A stretch of 48,945 bases of DNA from contig NC_068996.1 in assembly GCF_001194135.2 (NCBI RefSeq), positions 17,787,340 through 17,836,284 of the forward strand, in the 5' to 3' direction. The position numbers and the translations under genes are program-made. Source of the stretch: Octopus bimaculoides. Taxonomy: Eukaryota. Below the pieces are notes generated by a model. It did not search any database. It saw nothing but the letters and a program-made list of their open reading frames with translations, and was not told the origin of the DNA. Below, in pieces: positions 44,038 through 48,945 of this stretch; the first letter of the stretch is position 1; every line of letters begins with the position of its first letter.

Positions 44038-44334
44038 ATCATTTTATTCCCCATTTGTTTTCAGGTGGGAATTACCCAATGACTTAAATGGGAATTGATT
44101 AGGGGAAAGTTTTTTTATAGTCAGATGCCCTTTCAGCTACCAATAATCCTTATCTGTCTTGGGGGTGGTTTTCAGTTAGGGGATTTTTATATTCTACAAG
44201 TTTTTAAAAGTGCATAGAAATCTGTCATAATATCATGAGGGAATGACATCAGTACCATTTCACTAAAATGGTAACCAGCAGAATATGAATATTCATGTAC
44301 CATAGCAGCATGAAGAACTAAGGTTAAATGATGA

Positions 44335-44620
44335 TGATAATGATTGGCACACATACACACACACACGCAAATGCACATACACGCATGCACATATACACAC
44401 ATGTATATACATATACATGCATACATACACACATACACACACTCCATACACTTGCATTTTTATATATACAAACTCACTCACACACATGCATACACACACA
44501 TGCACACACACACATATATACACATACATGCATACATACACACTCACATACACATGCATTTATACATATTCATACTCACTCACACACACGCATGCACGTG
44601 CACACACACACACACACACA
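44335..44620. repeat. Degenerate (CA)n/(TACA)n tract
   Basis: Direct repeats. Confidence 0.9.
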
Positions 44621-44777
44621 CCATTTATCACATCATCATCATTTGATTTCAATATTGTCATATGTTGCACATTTAAAAAGGTCTTATCATATCCTCAGCA
44701 TCATTTAACATCCATCAAATTCCATTCTGGCATTGGTCGGACACTTTCACAGGATCTGGCATACGAGAGAGCTGCAC

Positions 44778-44901
44778 CAGGCTCTGAAAGGATGAAAGGC
44801 AAAGTCAACCTCAGTGGAATTTGAACTCAGAACATAAAGATCGATGAAATACCATGAAGCATTTTGGCCGGTGAGCTACAATTCTACCAGCTCACTGCCT
44901 T
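44778..44901 (-). mobile_element. SINE family G 5' half
   Basis: AAAGGATGAAAGGCAAAGTCAACCTCAGTGGAATTTGAACTCAGAAC...CAGCTCACTGCCTT. Confidence 0.8.
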
Positions 44902-45249
44902 AGCTGGGATAAATAATAACACAAGGCATTTTGTTTGATGCTCTTATGACTCAGACTGTTCACCACTCTCAATCATCCTCTCTACTTTCTAAATAAGAGT
45001 ACATCTGATCCCTCAGTCACACACCCACACACCCTATCATCTTCAAACAGGAAAGATACAACGGAAAATACAGTCACAAATATACATAAAAAAAAACTTG
45101 ATAATTGCGATTGGAATGCCTCTGATTTTGTTTTCTTTCTTTTTAGGGGGAGGGTGGGGCATGATGGATTTGAGGTATGAGTTTTGCATGTCATCTGATG
45201 CTGGTGAGATTCATCACCATCACCATCACCATCATCATCTCCATCATCA

Positions 45250-45480
45250 TTTTATGTCTACTTTCATGTGCTCAGATAGAATTCCTTCAGGCAGATTTTC
45301 AACAGATGGATGCCCTTCCTGTTTCCAACCCTTATCTATTTCCAAGTAAGATAGCATTTCCCCATGGAAAGTAAGTTAGTATTTCCCCATGTTTGCATGG
45401 AAGATTGGAAATTAAGGACACATCTTGTATGACAGTGACATGCATTTACAACCACCACATGATGTCAAGATAAAGCAGAC
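45250..45480 (-). mobile_element. Short repeat with an RTE-type tail
   Basis: GGATGCCCTTCCTGTTTCCAACCC is the reverse complement of the motif near 37725-37750. Confidence 0.5.
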
Positions 45481-45574
45481 ACAGTCACACACACACATGA
45501 ATACATGTGTGTGTATGTGTGCGTGCATGTGTGTATGTATACGTGTGTGTGCGCATGCAAGTGTGCGTGTGCTT

Positions 45575-45705
45575 TTTACAGTTTTGGTCAACCAAATTCA
45601 TAGGTTTTGGTCAATGTGGGGCTATAGGAGAAGACACTTACCGAAGGTGCCACAGACTGAAGTTGAACCCAAATACCATAAAGTTGGAACACACCCATAC
45701 CAGTA
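45575..45705 (-). mobile_element. Degraded SINE family C head
   Basis: GGCTATAGGAGAAGACACTTACCGAAGGTGCCAC. Confidence 0.55.
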
Positions 45706-46561
45706 GCTAATGTTCTTCTTGAATAAATGAGGGTGGACAGTTTCCATGAAAGGCAATGAATTTCAGTGGGATGACACTCTGGAAAGAAAGTACAGAGAGA
45801 AATGTTTTGTATAGAACCTATAGGATAGGAGTGGGACGAAAACCAAAATATGGGGGATGAAAGAAGGAAAGAAAGATGCATGAGTTGGGAGTGCTTAAGC
45901 AGGAGTAGCACATATCCTCAGTTAAGGTAGATTTTGTAGTAAACAAGGACCATCTACTTTTATTGAATGTATATGAGCTTAAGACATTAATTGGAAATTA
46001 TCAACTGTGATTTGTGGTTCTGTTTCTATGTGTTTCTTGTAATTATATTCAAAAGTAATTTACCGTATGGCCACGAAGTAAATTGAATGATTGAATTCAC
46101 ATAGAATTCAATGAAGCGTGAAATGTCTGAACAAATGAGAATAATTTAATTAATATGTTCAGAACTTTCATCAAATTATGTCAAAGCTGTCATTATCTTC
46201 TTCTCTTTCTCTAAAACCAGATATTCATCTCATTCTTCTTTAATTTGTTTGCATCATTAATTCATCAGAAATGCTAACATTTGCTGGGATGGTTGCTCCT
46301 TCAGATTTATTTATTTTTTATAAAATTTACCAGCAAGAATATAAAATGGAAAACACTACAAAAAAACAACTGCCATTATCTTTGGTATTCAGTTTATATA
46401 TTCGAAATGTCAAAATAGATGAGGTAAAAAAGCATCTCAGAGATTTTGGTATGTTTAAGAATTAGAGATGAAAGTATGTTGTAGTAGCATATATATATCA
46501 CAAGGATATTGGCAACAAAAGTGAAAAACCAGCTCATACTGGTGATTCATCAGAAGGGTGT

Positions 46562-46801
46562 ATATAATCATTTAGCATTCAAATTATTCTGTCAAATGTA
46601 ATGCTTAAATATTCACATTATTTTGAATATATAATGTTTTGTAGCATTATTTTGTAGCAATGAGATTTCACTGATGTGACTGTTCATGTTTAGAATGACA
46701 AATATTGGGTATGGTGTGAGAGGCCAGATTTTGCCAGTTTGGAAGTAAAACAGGAAGAATATTTGGGTCAGATATGGCTGGTTTAAATGCTAAAGAGTTA
46801 A
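46562..46801. mobile_element. Probable MITE with short TIRs
   Basis: TTTAGCATT near the left end and AATGCTAAAGAGTTAA at the right end; TTAA on the right only, left end degenerate. Confidence 0.45.
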
Positions 46802-47102
46802 TGTATGTATACATTTATATAGTAATTGCTAGTAGTGACACTGTATTTCGTTTTGCAACCATAATATAGTACCAAGTATATTAAAGGTTTCTAAGTCAAT
46901 ACTCTGGTACTGAAGAAGGCGCAATAACTTCTGAAATATATATATACACCAATCACCTATTTTTCTATCTTTACTTACATTGTTTACATAGATGTAATAA
47001 AAAATGAAACAATGAAACATAACTTTCAGTGGTGGCTCTAAATTTTATGGAAATCTGTAGAGATAGACTTGAAAACATTTATATATATATACATATACAA
47101 AT

Positions 47103-47143
<41 letters not shown>

Positions 47144-47208
47144 TGTCTGTCTGTCTGTCTGTGTGTTTGTGTATGTGTATGAACACGTGTGTGTGTGTGT
47201 GTGAGGTG

Positions 47209-47401
47209 AGACCCTCTTCAGTCATGAATGACCATGGGATTACACCTAGAAAGTTACCCTCCGAGGCACAAGTCCGGGCAAGGTTGTTTTTATGGAAGAC
47301 CAGCAGTCGCCTATACATACTAGCCTCCCCTCTCCACACCACTGATATTATACAAAGGAAAGGCAAAGGCCGATATAGCTTGGCACCTGTGACGTCGCAA
47401 A
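47209..47401 (-). mobile_element. SINE family A, 3' half only
   Basis: Matches 2734-2925; flanked by TG and TA microsatellites. Confidence 0.85.
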
Positions 47402-47689
47402 TATATATATATATCTGTCTTATCTTCAAAACGTCAGGTTAGAATAGAGACAGGTGATGAAGGAATATTCCAAGTGGCTTTCCGTTTTCCTATGTGTTCG
47501 TTCCGTTGTCTGTAGTTCATTGTTCTAACGTCCTGTACCCTGATATGCATATATATACACATGTAGATGTAAGTATGTACATATATGTGTGTATACATGT
47601 ATATATATTCTTTGTATTATTACATTATTGAACGCACACGTCCTTTTTTGCAAGTAAGTCTACTTTATTATTCTGACGTGACTCTATCT

Positions 47690-47808
47690 TTCTATCTATC
47701 TATCTGTCTATCTATCTATCTATCTGTCTATCTTTCTATCTATTTATCTATCTGTCTTCCTCTATCTTTCTATCTATCCCTCTGTCCTGGCCTCTACTTC
47801 ACTGCTAT
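47690..47808 (-). repeat. Second copy of the GATA-containing unit, abutting a gap
   Basis: Reverse complement of about 3911-3985. Confidence 0.75.
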
Positions 47809-48532
47809 NNNNNNNNNNNNNNNNNNNNNNNNNNNNNNNNNNNNNNNNNNNNNNNNNNNNNNNNNNNNNNNNNNNNNNNNNNNNNNNNNNNNNNNNNNNN
47901 NNNNNNNNNNNNNNNNNNNNNNNNNNNNNNNNNNNNNNNNNNNNNNNNNNNNNNNNNNNNNNNNNNNNNNNNNNNNNNNNNNNNNNNNNNNNNNNNNNNN
48001 NNNNNNNNNNNNNNNNNNNNNNNNNNNNNNNNNNNNNNNNNNNNNNNNNNNNNNNNNNNNNNNNNNNNNNNNNNNNNNNNNNNNNNNNNNNNNNNNNNNN
48101 NNNNNNNNNNNNNNNNNNNNNNNNNNNNNNNNNNNNNNNNNNNNNNNNNNNNNNNNNNNNNNNNNNNNNNNNNNNNNNNNNNNNNNNNNNNNNNNNNNNN
48201 NNNNNNNNNNNNNNNNNNNNNNNNNNNNNNNNNNNNNNNNNNNNNNNNNNNNNNNNNNNNNNNNNNNNNNNNNNNNNNNNNNNNNNNNNNNNNNNNNNNN
48301 NNNNNNNNNNNNNNNNNNNNNNNNNNNNNNNNNNNNNNNNNNNNNNNNNNNNNNNNNNNNNNNNNNNNNNNNNNNNNNNNNNNNNNNNNNNNNNNNNNNN
48401 NNNNNNNNNNNNNNNNNNNNNNNNNNNNNNNNNNNNNNNNNNNNNNNNNNNNNNNNNNNNNNNNNNNNNNNNNNNNNNNNNNNNNNNNNNNNNNNNNNNN
48501 NNNNNNNNNNNNNNNNNNNNNNNNNNNNNNNN

Positions 48533-48565
<33 letters not shown>

Positions 48566-48567
<2 letters not shown>

Positions 48568-48892
48568 TGAGACCCCCTTCGGTCATGAATGACCATGAGA
48601 TTGCACCTAGAAAGTTACCCTCCGAGGCACAAGTCCAGGCAAAGTTGTTTATGGAAGACCAGCAGTCGCCCATGCATACCATGCCACCGATGTTATCCAA
48701 AGGAGAGACAAAGGCTGATGCAGTTTGGCACCAGTAACATCACAACTCATTTCTACAGCTGAGTGAACTGGAGCAACATGAAATAAAGTGTCTTGCTCAA
48801 GAGCACAACTCACAGCCCAGTCCAAGAACCAGACCCACTACCTCATGATTGTGAGCCTGACATGCTAACCACTGAGCCATGCACCTTTACAT
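48566..48892 (-). mobile_element. tRNA-derived SINE, family A, full length
   Basis: Colinear with 2734-3072; (TA)n on the left, ATATA on the right. Confidence 0.88.
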
Positions 48893-48945
48893 ATAGGCAT
48901 ATTATACGCAGTGCATCAGTCTCATAATATATATATATATATATA

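Noticed and set aside
46271-47020. ORFs 46271-46465 (+) and 46829-47020 (-, KLLRLLQYQSIDLETFNIL) as possible host exons
   Set aside because: Short, with weak splice sites and no recognisable domain; compatible with chance in AT-rich DNA
47424-47442. AAAACGTCAGG resembling a hammerhead 3' half (and GAAACGTA on the minus strand near 32633-32640)
   Set aside because: No matching CUGANGA half or stem I partner is present.

Overview
This is AT-rich, microsatellite-dense eukaryotic scaffold sequence with about ten long N gaps and five 10-N gaps. The repeat complement looks like a coleoid cephalopod (octopus-type) genome; that assignment is inference. No intact host protein-coding gene, rRNA, true tRNA or CRISPR array is supported, and the window reads as a large intron or intergenic region built almost entirely from transposon relics. 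These are: at least six R4/Dong-clade LINE copies (RT plus restriction-like endonuclease, mostly ending in (TAA)n), several RTE-clade LINE 3' parts, a Penelope GIY-YIG fragment, a Tx1/L1 RT relic, Tc1/mariner relics and MITEs, and four tRNA-derived SINE families. The SINE labels A, B, C and G are my working labels, not database names. Most interesting observations: (1) two copies of a repeat that folds as a minimal type I hammerhead ribozyme with a non-canonical G3-C8 core and apparent stem covariation; (2) a PHD-like zinc finger inserted inside the RT domain of the RTE family, seen in two copies; (3) a head-to-tail array of about 8 SINEs invaded by three LINEs; (4) a 74-bp-arm near-perfect palindrome; (5) several informative inversion, fold-back and nesting junctions. 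Boundaries of degenerate elements are approximate, and all alignments were done by eye.
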